Shown piece after piece: positions 13,385 to 25,405 of a stretch of 64,000 nucleotides of DNA (position 1 is the stretch's first letter; each line of letters opens with the position of its first letter). This stretch comes from Isurus oxyrinchus (lineage: Eukaryota). Below the pieces are notes generated by a model. That model did not search any database. It worked only from the letters and a program-made list of their open reading frames with translations, and was not told the origin of the DNA. The DNA lies in the NCBI GenBank assembly GCA_026770705.1, contig JANJGN010000015.1:116808001-116872000 (forward strand), given 5' to 3'. The position numbers and the translations under genes were made by a program.

Positions 13385-13738
13385 ATGCAATGATTCACCA
13401 ATGTTCTTAAAACAACATTACCAGTGTATATTGTGGATGACACTGGAAAAAATTACATTGCCATCGCCTAATTGCTTGGAGAGCACTAAGATTCAACCAT
13501 GTGGCATGGGATTGGAGTAACATGTAGGACAGACCAGTTAGGGGTGACAGGTTTTTTCTTTGGAGACAATAGTGAAGCAGTTGGCTTTTACCAACAACAC
13601 AAAAAAAAAATTGAGTGAAATTTTCTCCCTTTGTATTGTCAGATTCATTAAATTCAACTTCATAACTTGCTACAGTGGGATGTGAACACATGACTCCTAG
13701 TTTACTAGTCCAGTAGTTAACTCTTAGGCTACCAAACT
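13385..13738 (-). mobile_element. tRNA-headed SINE, reverse copy
   Basis: TTACTAGTCCAGTA...GCTACC and ATTAAATTCAACTTC are reverse complements of the SINE head/body at 4.76 and 17.4 kb. Confidence 0.6.
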
Positions 13739-13742
13739 TATT

Positions 13743-14357
13743 GGGCAGAATTTTGCCCTTGATGGGCAGGCAGGCCCCACCAGCTCGGTGGCAGATGGGC
13801 AGCCATTTTAAGTGGGCGGGAAGCTCCTGTGTTGGGGGGGGGGAAGGGATTCCCCAACTGTCAGAGTGCGCTCTTACGCGCACAAAAGAGCACACATCTC
13901 CCTGAGACTAAGTGCTACCTCAGGGAGATCACTGACAGTGTTTCAAACTTCAAAAATAGAATAATAAAAAAAATTATTAAGATGTACCCCTCATGTGACA
14001 ATGTCACATGAGATGGGACATGTTAATAAATATTACAAAAACTTTATTAAACTTTTTTAAAACAGACATGAAACCTCATCCCGCCAGTGGATGAGGTTTC
14101 ATGTTTTTGCAGAAGCTCGCTGGAGCTCCTGGCCTGCCTGCCAGCCTTAAAGTTGGATGGGCAGGGCCTTTAATTGGCTTAATGATCCTGTCAAAAGCCT
14201 CAATTGGCCATTGACATGTCAGCGGGCAGACAGCTGATCGCACTGTCTGCCCGTCTTCCTGAATATGTAAATGGGGTTCCCCCCAAAGTAAACCCGCATC
14301 ATTTTCACGTCGGCGAGCGGGCCCCGTACCCAGCTCACCGATGAAAAAATTCTGCCC
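13743..14357. mobile_element. Harbinger-type MITE, 615 bp, with intact ends
   Basis: 12-bp TIRs GGGCAGAATTTT / AAAATTCTGCCC, with a 3-bp TSD ATT at 13740-13742 and 14358-14360. Retains many CpGs, suggesting it is young. Confidence 0.88.
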
Positions 14358-17300
14358 ATTGTTAGCTCAAGGTTAAAATGGCGTATATTTTCCCCTTTGT
14401 TAGTACATGAGAAAAATGCAGTAGGCACCACTTTCTCCAAATCAGACGTTGTGTACTATTTTATGGTGGATATTCCACATTTTGGAGGGTGGAAGAGAAA
14501 AATAAGTAATGGAAGAGACCCAGGTTGACAGAAATATTTGTAAAACCTTAAAATTGCCAACAAAAGCATTCAGCTTATTTGTAAGAGACATTCAGGTTGC
14601 TGGATTCCTGTTGTTTACTGCTTATGCAAGGAACTGTCCTTTATTTCTTGATGAAATTGACAAATTGGAATTCTGAATCCAATGGAAAGATTCACAGTAG
14701 TCGAGTTGCAAAATACACCCTTCTACATTATCTCATTACATACTTCTAAGTCAGGTTCAACACACATTTGATGCAAGCTGACTCAGATACTTGGTAATGC
14801 ACAGCATAGGTGAGGTGCAAATACTTATTTGTGCGAGTCTGCCAGCATAGCTCTGTTCTAGCCTCATACTGCACCCCTGTGGAAAGTGCATTTCTTACTT
14901 AATCCTTGTTATTGCTCAGTAAGACTGGCCTGAATATTTCAATCAACAAACTACAAAGAAACCCAACTTAATCATAAAGATAAAAGTTAAAGTTGTGACT
15001 TAGTTTACATTTATTTCATTGGGACTGCTAGCAGCTTTGAAAATTGAGAAAGCAAGACATAAGAGTGCAATAAAGAGTGAGTGAGAGAAAAGGAGAAGGA
15101 AAAAGAGAAAGAGAGAGGAAAAAGAGCAAAGCCAACTCTCCACTGTCTGTCTGCATGTGAGCGCAGGTTTAGAGGCAGCAAGAAAATAAAATATACTCAC
15201 CAGGATTTCCATGTAAAAGGAAACTTTAGTCAGCACATGTATCATTTCCTGTAGCAGCATCTCAATCATAGAAATCAATGTTTGGCTTTGATTTACAATG
15301 GAATTCTGAATTAACAAACCCAAACCTGGCCCTGATCCTGAGAAAGAACAGTGCCTGCAATTTAACATAAGGATTGGAAACACACACAAAACATCTACAA
15401 GCTTCGGGAAAGCAAGTTGGCAGACTTCAATTATTGTAAGGGGAGGCTGACAAAGAGAAAGATTTCATGGAATCGGCATTCGGGGGTAGGGGTGGGATTG
15501 GGGAGGTTGGAAAAGAGGGCTAATAAAATTTTCCATTAAAAGGCGTTTACGCAAGGTTCAGACAACATGGCAGAAACAGTGCACAGATTTGAAGTTTATC
15601 CAAAGTTTACCCCTTTGACATTGAATGCATTTAAATTATAATTTAATATTTAAAAGTAACATTAATATTGCCTGCAGATACCTTGAAAGGGAATAGTGTA
15701 ACCTATAGGAATTACAGTTCAGGCTAGATCACATACCTGAAAAAAATGTTATAATTCTCACAGCTGAAGGGGCTAATATTAAGCACACAATCAAGTATTG
15801 TGGGAGATCTCAGAGACAGAGTGAGACGGCATTCCTTCACCGGGATCATTTTCTCACAATGCAATATTCTGTCTAATACAGGGAATTCCCCACAGACTGT
15901 TCAGGGTTCAGGCTGTTGGTAATGGACTGGTAATACCTACTTTAGCCTCTGGTCTGTTTGAATCAGGATAGTGTGGCAGTGGTGGAAGCAATTTAAACCT
16001 CCTGCCAACCAGGCAAAGCTTCAGGAAGGGTGAGAGTGATCCATTATCAAAGACTGCTAACAGAGTGGGTCCAGGTGGTGCAGCAGAGTTGACCCTGAAC
16101 AGTCATCCCTTGCAATTAGCAGAGAAGATTCAATGCTGACGACAGCCTTTCACAGCACTGCATAGCCCTCCAAGGAACCTTAGTTTAAAAAAAAGACAAA
16201 GTTCAGTTGTTCTAAGAAAAATCCTTTTGCGATCTTTGTGTGAGAAGTGAGCATAACAGGTTGCATTCAGAAATCAATGTGTAATTTTTAATAAACATGT
16301 CCTTTTAAAATTGATGCCAAACTTTATTTTACTGATATTGTGTTTAGTCTTCCCTCTGTTTAGACCAGAATTACAAGAATCTGCATTTATATAGTGCCTT
16401 TAACAAGGTACTTCACACAAGCATTATTAAACAAAATTAGACACCAAGGAGATATCAGGGCAGATGGTCAAAAGCTTAGTCAGAGAGGCAGGTTTTAAAG
16501 GAGTATCTTAATGGAGGAAAGAAAGCTAGAGAAAGAGGAAAGGTTTAGAGAAGGAATTCCAGAGCTTGGGACACTGGCAGCTGAGGCACAACTACCAATG
16601 GTGGGGTATAATCAGAGATGCTCGAGAGGTCAGAATCAAATTCATGGCAAGGCCAAGGAGGGTTTTGAAAACAAGGACAAAACTTTCAAAATTGAGGTGT
16701 TGCTTAGTTGGGAGCCAGTGTAGGTCAGCCAATTACAAAGGTGATGAGTGAACAGAACTCAGTACAAGTTAGCACAGGGGAGCAGAGTTCTGGATGACTT
16801 CAAGTTCATGAAGGAGGTTGGTCAGGAGTGCATTGAAATAGTTAAATCTAGATGAAAGAAAAACATGGATGAGGACTTCTGCAGCAGATGAGCTGAGATA
16901 TAGGCAGAGTCAGTGATGTTATGGAGGTAGAAATCGGCTATTAGTGATGGCACAGATATAAGGTTGGAAGCTCATCTTGGGGTCAATATGATACCAAGGT
17001 TAAGAACAGTCTGATTCAGCCTCAGTCAGTTAGTTGCCAGGGTGAGGGACAAAGTCAGTGACTAGAAACGGGAGTTTGTGGCAGGAACCAATGACAGTGG
17101 CTTCAATCTTGCCAATACTTAGGTGGAGGAAATTTCTGCTCGTCCTGTACTGGACAAGCAGTTTGATCATTTAGAGACAATGCAGGGCTTGAGATGTGGT
17201 GATGAGGTAGTGCTGGGTGTCATCAGTAAACATGTGGAAATTGAAGCTGTGTTTTTGTATGATGTTGCTGAGGGGCAGCATATAGATGGGAATCCGAGGC

Positions 17301-17399
17301 CGAGGATAGATTTTTGGGGGACACCAGAGATAACAATGCAGGAGCAATAAGAATTCTGATCAGTCCTTTTGCAGTGGCAAATAAAAGCAGTTACGGAAG

Positions 17400-17695
17400 T
17401 GGTGGTGGCAAAGTGCTATTGTCACTGGACTAGTATTCTAAAGACCCAGAGTAATGCTCTGGGGACCTGAGTTCAAATCCTATCATGGCTGATGATGAAA
17501 TTTAAATTCAAATGCAAATCTGGAATTAAAAACATCTGATAGTGACCATGAAACCATTGCTGATTGTCATAAAAACTGATTTGGTTCACTAATGTCCTTT
17601 AGGGAAGGAAATCTGTTGTCCTTACCTGTCTGGCATTATCACAGCAAAGTCCTTTGAATGAGCCAGTGATGCCTACAATTACATGAATGAATAGA
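17400..17695 (+). mobile_element. tRNA-headed SINE
   Basis: TGTCACTGGACTAGTA, B box GAGTTCAAATCC, body GGTTCACTAATGTCCTTTAGGGAAGGAAATCTG, tail ATGAATGAATA. Confidence 0.8.
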
Positions 17696-18045
17696 AGAAA
17701 AGGTGGTCTACTGGGCTAGACATTTGGGATTTTGAAAGCTTGGCTGTAAGTGAATTGAGGGGAGTTTTTTTTCCCCAGGGACAGAGATAAGGCAGATGTG
17801 ACTGGAGAGCAATACAAGGACGTGATCGGAGATATCTTTATCTGTGTTTGACGTGATGGAGTAGCGAGACCACATGAGGTGACAAGGTCAAGGAGGGACC
17901 ACGAATGTGTGCCAGGGAGTTTATATGGAAGAAATTAACAGCGGATAGGAGGCAGTAATGCAGAGGAGAGAAAGTATGATAAATTTAGTTGGAGGTAAAA
18001 TCACTGTGGATGAAAAGTCACGGTGCAGAGGTTGAGGGAGGAAAG

Positions 18046-21000
18046 TGTAGTATATTACAGCTGCCTCTCTGCCGCCCTCTCTGTTTCTTTTGTGGAGATG
18101 TAAATAGGTTTTATAATGGCTGCTTACAGTGAGTCCACATGGCGTGTATTTTCTCAGTGCAGCACACAACAGAAAGATAGCAATGAGGATGGGATGGAAT
18201 TCTTTTTTACATTCCATTTGGGAAATTAAAGACTGAAGAACATTATGGCACACTTTTGGGAACTACTAAAGTTGATTTTTGGAAGTTTGAGTAGTCTGAA
18301 AGATTGCTCTCTTTGTACATCTTGTTCAAGTCCAGCTCAGTGAGTCAGCATGGCATGTAATTGAAAAAAAAGCACTAAAGACATATTTGGTGACAATGGG
18401 AGAATTCAGCCCTAACAAAGAGGACTGGTGTAATTACAAACAAAGAATACACATTTTCTGAAAGTAAATAAAGGCGATGAGGATATAGTAGTTATCCTCA
18501 CCACGATAGGGTCAGATTCTTTTGATGTACTGATAATGAGTGTTGTCTGTGAGATCCCAGTACTCTGGAATATGCTGAAATTAATGAGATTCTGGACTCA
18601 TTATGGCACAGCTAAGAATGAAATTGCACAGAACTGTATTCCATTAAAGGGATCTGAGACTATTTCAAATTACATTCTCAAGTTAAAGAAATTTGCTCAT
18701 CACTGTGAGTTTGGCACTTTTGTAGGAGGCCTAAAGAACAATAAAATCCAAGCCAAGCTTTCGAATAAAGGCAATGATTTGACATGAAAGGAAGCCCGAG
18801 ATAAGACCACAGCCATGGGAATGGCAGGAAGAGATAATTGCAGATTGCAAGGAATTTCTTTTCCTGAGCTGGCCGAGGAGCTCCACTTTCAGCGGGATCC
18901 AGGCCATATCAGCCATGTTCACAGTCTCAGAGTCAGAAATTTAAATGTTACCATTGTCATGGTGGCCACCAACTATTTAAATGCCCCCATTTCCAGTCAA
19001 AGTGTTATGCCCATAGGAGTTGGTCACATCCAGATGGTGTGCAGTAATAAAGAAAACAGTAATGCTCCAGGTCACAGGCAAGCACCAGGTTGAGGTTTTG
19101 ATAGATTTAAAGCCAGTTCAGGAGCCTGGAAGTCCTCTAATGCACATATGATAGATATGGAATCAACAGTTGATTTTATCAAGTGGGAAGATCAAGTGTA
19201 CTCAGTCAAGGAACATGTAAAACAACACATGGAAGATGAGAGTAAAAGGGCTTAAGATACTATTTCAATGCCTACAATCGAAATGACAGTTGGAGATTCA
19301 CAACTTGCTTTCATAATTGATACAACTTTAATTGTGTCTGTTATCACAGAAGGAGAAGACAGGAAGTCCTTAAGTCACATTCTCTTACACTAAACTGATG
19401 TGAAACTGACTAGTTATTTCAGTATCGGTATTCCATTGTTAGGTCAAGTTAGTTTTAGGGTGGAATATGATGATACATCCTATTACGTGTCATTGGTAGT
19501 AGTAGGAGTGAACAAAGACTCCCTGATGGAAAGGACCTGGCTTAAGAAGTTGCAGTTAAACTGGATGGAGTTATTTACAGGAGGGACCATAAGATTATGT
19601 CTGACATTGAATAAGTGTTAAGGGAATACAAAGTAGTCTTTGACCAAGGAGGATCAAATGGTAAAATTACAGATCAAAAGGCTGAAGTCAAGATAAAGGA
19701 TAATGTACATGCTAGGCCAGTGCCTTCTGCATAGTTAGTAGCAGGAAGTTAAGAATTGGTGAAAGGTCATGAAGTGTGCCTCAGAGTGAGAAATGATCCA
19801 GCCAAGGTTCATGGTCAAATACAAGAAAACCATGGGAATGAATGCATGTCGATTTCTTTAAAGTGGAAGGGAAAGAGTACCTGGTTTTGGTTGATAGCTA
19901 TAACAAGTGGATAAATGTTGAATCTATGCCCAATACCACAAGTGCCAAAACTGTTGAGGTTCTGAGAAGTTGGTTTGCAATTTATGGATCGCCAGAAGTG
20001 TTGGTGTCAGAAAATAGTCCAACTTACGTTATAAGAGTTTGAAATATTTCTGAGTAAGAATGGAGTCAAATACATTCTTTTATCATGATATCACCCAGCA
20101 CCAAAAGGTTCTGCAGAAAGAAGTATACAAATTGTGAAGAGATCTTTGCAAAAGTATTTGCTAAGTGACAAGCTCAGCAGTAAGCAATTTTCTGTTCCCT
20201 TATAGAATAACCCTACTCTCTGCAACAGGTTTCTCACCTTACAAGTTAGTGTTTAAACATGCTCCTAGGACAAGGTTTCTTATGCCTGATATCAGTAGCA
20301 AAGAAAGAGAAAAGCAGGACAAGGTGAAGATGAGTCATGATGCATGAGGCATGGAAATTAACAGTGTTCAGTGCTGGTCAGGAGGTGAAAAACCAAGGTG
20401 ATAAAGAGGAGTATGTTTTTAAATTTGTTGTAAAGAGACTAGGTGTATTCACATACCTAGTGAAGATTGGAGAGACACTCCGTCAGGGTCATGTAGATCA
20501 TTTGCTTAAAAGGGAAATCTGGCAAAGGGAGACTTGATAAATCTGCTAGTCCAAATTCCTCTGACAGTTCAAAGTGAAAGTCAAAGAACAAGAAAGTTTG
20601 CTGGTACCATAGAATCCACCAGTAGAGTAAAGTGAGCAAGGGTCTTTGATTAAGACAAATCAATCATGTGACAGTCCCAACCACTGACTGGAAATGATAA
20701 TCAAAAAAATAAATTCAACATTGACACAGTCAGAGAGGCTAACGGAGCAGAGTCAAGTTAATGGAAATGGAAATGGAAATGAAAATGGAAGAAGATACCC
20801 AGACAGAAAGAGAAAGAAGCCAGATCGGTCAATTGAAAGTATGCAGGAATGTTGAATAAAGAAGTTCTTCTTTTCATCATTTTTTGTCAAATTATATTTT
20901 TGTTAAACACATACTGGTGTTACGGAAATACTTCTTTTTAACATGTAAGTTACTCTGGTAATATTGGTCATATTTGTTTTAGTTGTGATTTCAAGAACAA

Positions 21001-21249
21001 TAACAATGCAACCTAACCTGTTAAATTTCAGGTATTGTTAATATTAGCTTAGTCAAATTGTATTCTGGGAATTTAAGTACATACCTTAAAATGTAAAATG
21101 ATACACAAGTTGTTTAAGTGGGGAGAGAGTGTAGTTTGTTACAATGGCCTCTGTGCTGCCCTCTCTGTTTCTGTAAATAAAGTTAGTTCAATAATGACTG
21201 CTTACAGTGAATCCACATGGTACATCTTTTCTCAGTGCAATAAACAACA
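18046..21249 (+). mobile_element. Gypsy/Ty3 LTR retrotransposon, degenerate, RT-RNaseH deleted
   Basis: Direct TG...CA LTRs at 18046-18171 and 21130-21249, with GAAAG on both flanks. Decayed PBS TAGCAATGAGG at 18178; PPT AAGTGGGGAGAGAG before 21130. Gag MGEFSPNKEDWCNYKQRI (18396), zinc knuckle CYHCHGGHQLFKC (18946), protease FIIDTT (~19310), integrase HVDF..YLVLVDSYNKW..LRSWFAIYGSPEVLVSEN (19842-20042). Confidence 0.92.
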
Positions 21250-22223
21250 GAAAGCATTTAAGATATATCTGACAAAATTTTCAGTACTTGGGTGGGTGAC
21301 AGAGAACAAGGATTTCAAATGAGAGGTGGGAGATGTGGCATACATCAAGATGCTCAAAGGAGGAGAAGATGCCAGAAATAGGGGGAAAGGCCAAGGTGTA
21401 ATTTGGGATAAGAGGTCTGGGTGGGGAAAGTGGTGGAAGGTGGAGCCAGGTAGGGAGGCTTCATTTTGGTGGAATGCGTCATTACCCCTCAGCCAGTTTT
21501 CAATCAAAGCTATGATGTCAATGCAATCATCCACAATAAGCTTAAGGAGGGCAAGGACCTTATTCATAAGTGAATGGACATGCTGGAGGGAGATGTATAG
21601 AGGGGCAGTGATAGCTGATACATGGCAGAGTTCACCAGGTACTTGAAGTGGTGAATTAAATGAGAAGGAGATTGGTAAGAGTAACCCCCAGCCTGTGCGC
21701 TGGATGGGAAGGTTGGCAAGAGAATAGGATGGGGCACTTGAAGTTGCTGCTCCTAAGGAGGCAGTAAAGAGTGCCTCAATGGACCTTTCAGAAGATGCTC
21801 AAAGAGACACATTGGGAAGCTGTGGCCTTATCTAACAGTAACCCAACAGTGAGCCCACTGCATCCACCATTCTGCTTAATATTGCCTGGATAACAGAAGG
21901 TCACACTACATGTCTGTGGAAGCCAACTTTCCCTTTAAACTGTGCAGCCCCATGGCAAGACAGCAACCCACAGGTTCCACACAAATCAAGCACAAGTTGG
22001 TCTCTTTAAGTTACTGCACGGAGTGGCTGCACAAAAATATTTAAAAATCATGTATACTTAAATCAATAGGCCACACCCAACAAAAAGTTAGAGGAGATGT
22101 TGGTAGGAACCCTCAACTGCTGGGTGCTATTCCCTTCCAATGTCAGGATACAGTGGAGCAGCCCTAGCTAGATCAGTGCAAAACATTGAAATATATACAT
22201 GACTAATTCTACTGGCACTGAGT

Positions 22224-23510
22224 CTTTTTTATTCTTTCATGGGACGTGGGCATCACTGACAAGGCCGGCATTTGTTGTGTATCCTAATTGTCTTTGGGAA
22301 AGTAGTGTTGAGCTGCCTTTTTGAACCACTGTAGTCCATCTGGTGTGAGTAGTTTCACCATGCTGTTAGGAAGGGAGTTCCAGGATTTTGATCCATCGAC
22401 ACTGAATAAACAGCAATATAGTTCCAAGTCAGGATTGTGTGTGACTTGAAGGGTCACTTGCAGATGATGAAGTTCCCATGCATCTGCTGCCCTTATCGTT
22501 CCAGGTGGTAGAGGTTGAGGGTTTGGATGGTGCTGTTGAAGAAGACTTGGTGGGTTGCTGCAATGCATCTTGTATATAGTACACACTGCTGCCACTGTGC
22601 AGCAGTGGTGGTGGGAGTGAATGTTTAAGTATTGGGGCCAATCAAGTAGGTTGTTTTGTCGTGGATTGTGTTGAACTTCGAGTTTTGTTGGAGCCACTCT
22701 CATGCAGAAAAGTGGAGAGTAATCCGTCACACTCCTGACTTTTGCCTCGTAGATGATAAACAGGCTTTGGGGAGTCAGGTGATGTGTTACTTGCTTCAGA
22801 ATTCCTAGCCTCTGACCTCTTCTTGTAGCCACAGTATTGATATGGCTGGTCCATTCTTTTTCTGGTCAATGTTAACTCCTAGAATGTTGATAGTGGGGGA
22901 TTCAGTAATGGTAATACCATTGAATATTAAAGGGAGATGGTTAGATTCTCTCTTGTTGGATTTGGTCACTACCTGGCACTTGTATGGCATGAATATTACT
23001 TACTACTTATCAGCCCAAACTTGAATGTTTTCCAGGTCTTGCTGCACGTGCTCACGGACTGCTTCAATATCTGAGGAGTTGCGAATGTTGCGCAATCATC
23101 AACTAACATCCCCACCTCTGACCTTATGATGGAGGGAAGGTCGTTGATGAAACAACTGAAGATAGTTGAGCCTAGGACACTACACTGAGGAACATCTGTA
23201 GTGATGTCCTGGTACTGAGGATGATTGGTTCCAAAAACCATAACCATCTTCCTTTGTTCTAGGTATGACTCCAACAAATGGAGACTTTTCCTCCTGACTT
23301 CCATTGACCTCAAGTTTTCCAGGGCTCCTTGATGCCCCATTCAGTCTAATGCTGCTTTGATGACTAGGGTAGTCACTCTCACCTCCCCTGTAGAATTCAG
23401 TTCTTTTGTCCATGTTTAGCCCAAGGCTGTAATCAGGTCAGGGGCCAAGTGAGGGGTCCTGGCGGAACCCAAACTGAGCATCAGTGAGTGGATTAGTGCT
23501 GTGAAAGTGC
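22224..23510 (-). mobile_element. CR1-group LINE, 5'-truncated 3' part (RT and C-terminus)
   Basis: VPQCSVLGSTIFSCFINDL..MLVDD; INILGVNIDQK; IYEAKVRSVTDYSPL; WNSLPN; FKKAAQHY. Same family as the element at 27.7-30.7 kb. Confidence 0.9.
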
Positions 23511-24689
23511 TTCTCACGATTTATCGGGCATTGCCCTTTTAAGCAGACAGTTCTAAGATTATGTGATATCTTATTATGATGAATACCACATTGAATTTTC
23601 ATAGTTTGTCAAAACTAAAATGAGGGGAAAGCTAAATGCATTCATTTTTCAACCCCTCCAGACACCATTTTTTTCAGCTAGAGGGATGGATGGGACAGGA
23701 TTGGCTCCTAGCTCTCTGTAATAGCCCTAGCTATTAGGAGTCACATGGGAATCATCCATATTAAGTTGGGTTTCCATCTCTGCCCAAAGTGTGCTTTTCC
23801 TAACAGTCCTGTGTGACAGCATGTTACAATGCTGCACATTGCCCACCAACACACTTCTTGTTCAGGAGAAATTCACCAGTGGCAATTCTCTAACACATCC
23901 TCATGTCACCAAAATTCACTGGGCAGAGGATCAGTCTGTATTTTTCTTTACCTTCTGTGACCTGGGTTTAAATCTCATTCAGAGTGCAAGTATCTATGAG
24001 CAACTACAAAAGCCTTAAGGAAATGAATTCAGGGCATCCTCAGCCCACATGAAAGTAGCTGCCTATCTATATTACAAAGTAATCCATAATTCAGTACTAG
24101 TTAGCAGTAGATTGGATTAATAAGCAATGCAAACATGGTAAATTGCAAAACATATTTGTTTTTGCTATACAACGGACTTGCGGTGATTTAATATTGAACC
24201 AAAACCATCTGAGGAAATTACTTTAAAGAGTTAACGCTCCTTAGGACAAAACCATTGAGAGTCAACTATCAGCCTCCAAGACATTTTTGCCATTCTTCCG
24301 CATAATTTAACAAGCAGTCCTCAGGAGCATAAAGCAGTGGAGTGTTGACAGACCTTTTGAATAAAGGAGGTGGGGAAATCACAGCCAAGGTCAATTTTGT
24401 CATTGGACAACATCCACACATGAACTCTTTCTAGCTGCAAGACACTGCACAATGATCAAGACCACTGGCTGATCTTTGCCCTACCAAATGCAACACCACC
24501 ACAACCAAATGCAAGTGCCTTGGGTGAGACACAGACTAAGCTTAGAACGTGTGATTTTCCTATAGCTCACTACTATATTAGGCAGTGGAACTACGAAAAA
24601 ACTGACCCTAGTGAAACATTCAAACATGAAAGGCTAAAATAAACTCTTGTGTTTGCTTTCAACAAGATGGCCAGTTGCTGATATAATTT

Positions 24690-24900
24690 TGATCTTTAGA
24701 TGTGGACAATGCTGGCAGGGCTGTCTATAATTACTCAGAGGGCATTAAGAGCCAATTGCAGATGGTCGGACTATGAGTCACATAAAGGTAAGACTGGGAA
24801 GAGATAACAAGTTCCCCTCATGAACAATATTAGTGAAGCAGTCTGGTTTTCACAAAAATCCAGTAAATTTCATGGTCATTTTAATGGTGCTAGCTCATAG
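24690..24900 (-). mobile_element. tRNA-headed SINE body, reverse copy
   Basis: CAGAGGGCATTAAGAG...GAGTCACAT...ATTAGTGAAGCAG...TTTCATGGTCAT is the reverse complement of the SINE body. Confidence 0.6.
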
Positions 24901-24994
24901 GTTGTGTTTACTGTTGCTGAGTGGATGATTCAATAGGCCCTTTTCTGTGCAGCAAAAGATACAGTGGTGATCAGGCCATACTTCTAAATTAAAA

Positions 24995-25405
24995 AGACAT
25001 ACATTATTCAGTGCCTAATCATATTTCTCAGAAACCTCCCAAGGGGCTTCAGGGACAATGAATGACTTAGAATTGAAGTTGATAGTTGTTAAGGAGGCAA
25101 ATGCAGCAGCAACATTATGCGCAGAAAGATCCCACAAGCAGCAAGAAGACAAGCAACTATTTAATCTGTTTTTGGTGGCATTAATTGATGAAGGAAAGTT
25201 GGCCATGACGTGGAATACCTTACCTTTTCATGGGATCTTTTTTGCCCACAGGACAGATTTGATGGGACATTGATTTAACATCTCATCTGAAAGACGGTTA
25301 GACAATGCAGTAGCCAGTGTCAGCCTAAATTGTATACTGAAGTTCTGGAGTGGGACTTAAAGCCATTGCCTTGTGACTCAGAGACAAGAGTACTACCAAA
25401 TGAAT
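24995..25405 (-). mobile_element. Deu-type (SacSINE1-like) SINE
   Basis: TTTAACATCTCATCTGAAAGACGG...GACAATGCAG resembles the reverse complement of the Deu central domain (family name from recall). Reversed tRNA-like head at ~25340-25400. Confidence 0.65.

Larger units (their letters stand above)
16375..21900 (-). mobile_element. Decayed L2 LINE, interrupted by a SINE (~17400-17695) and a Gypsy (18046-21249)
   Basis: APE start NKVLALLKLIVDDCIDIIALIENWL (21232-21567). RT motifs GVPQKSILG and MLPLSNIIQKHSFNFHMFTDDTQHY (~17205-17325). L2 tail appears on the plus strand as GCATTTATATAGTGCCTTT at ~16383. Confidence 0.85.

Noticed and set aside
17400-17490. tRNA genes (also near 4770, 6660 and 36620)
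   Set aside because: A/B boxes are followed by SINE bodies and tails, with no intact cloverleaf.
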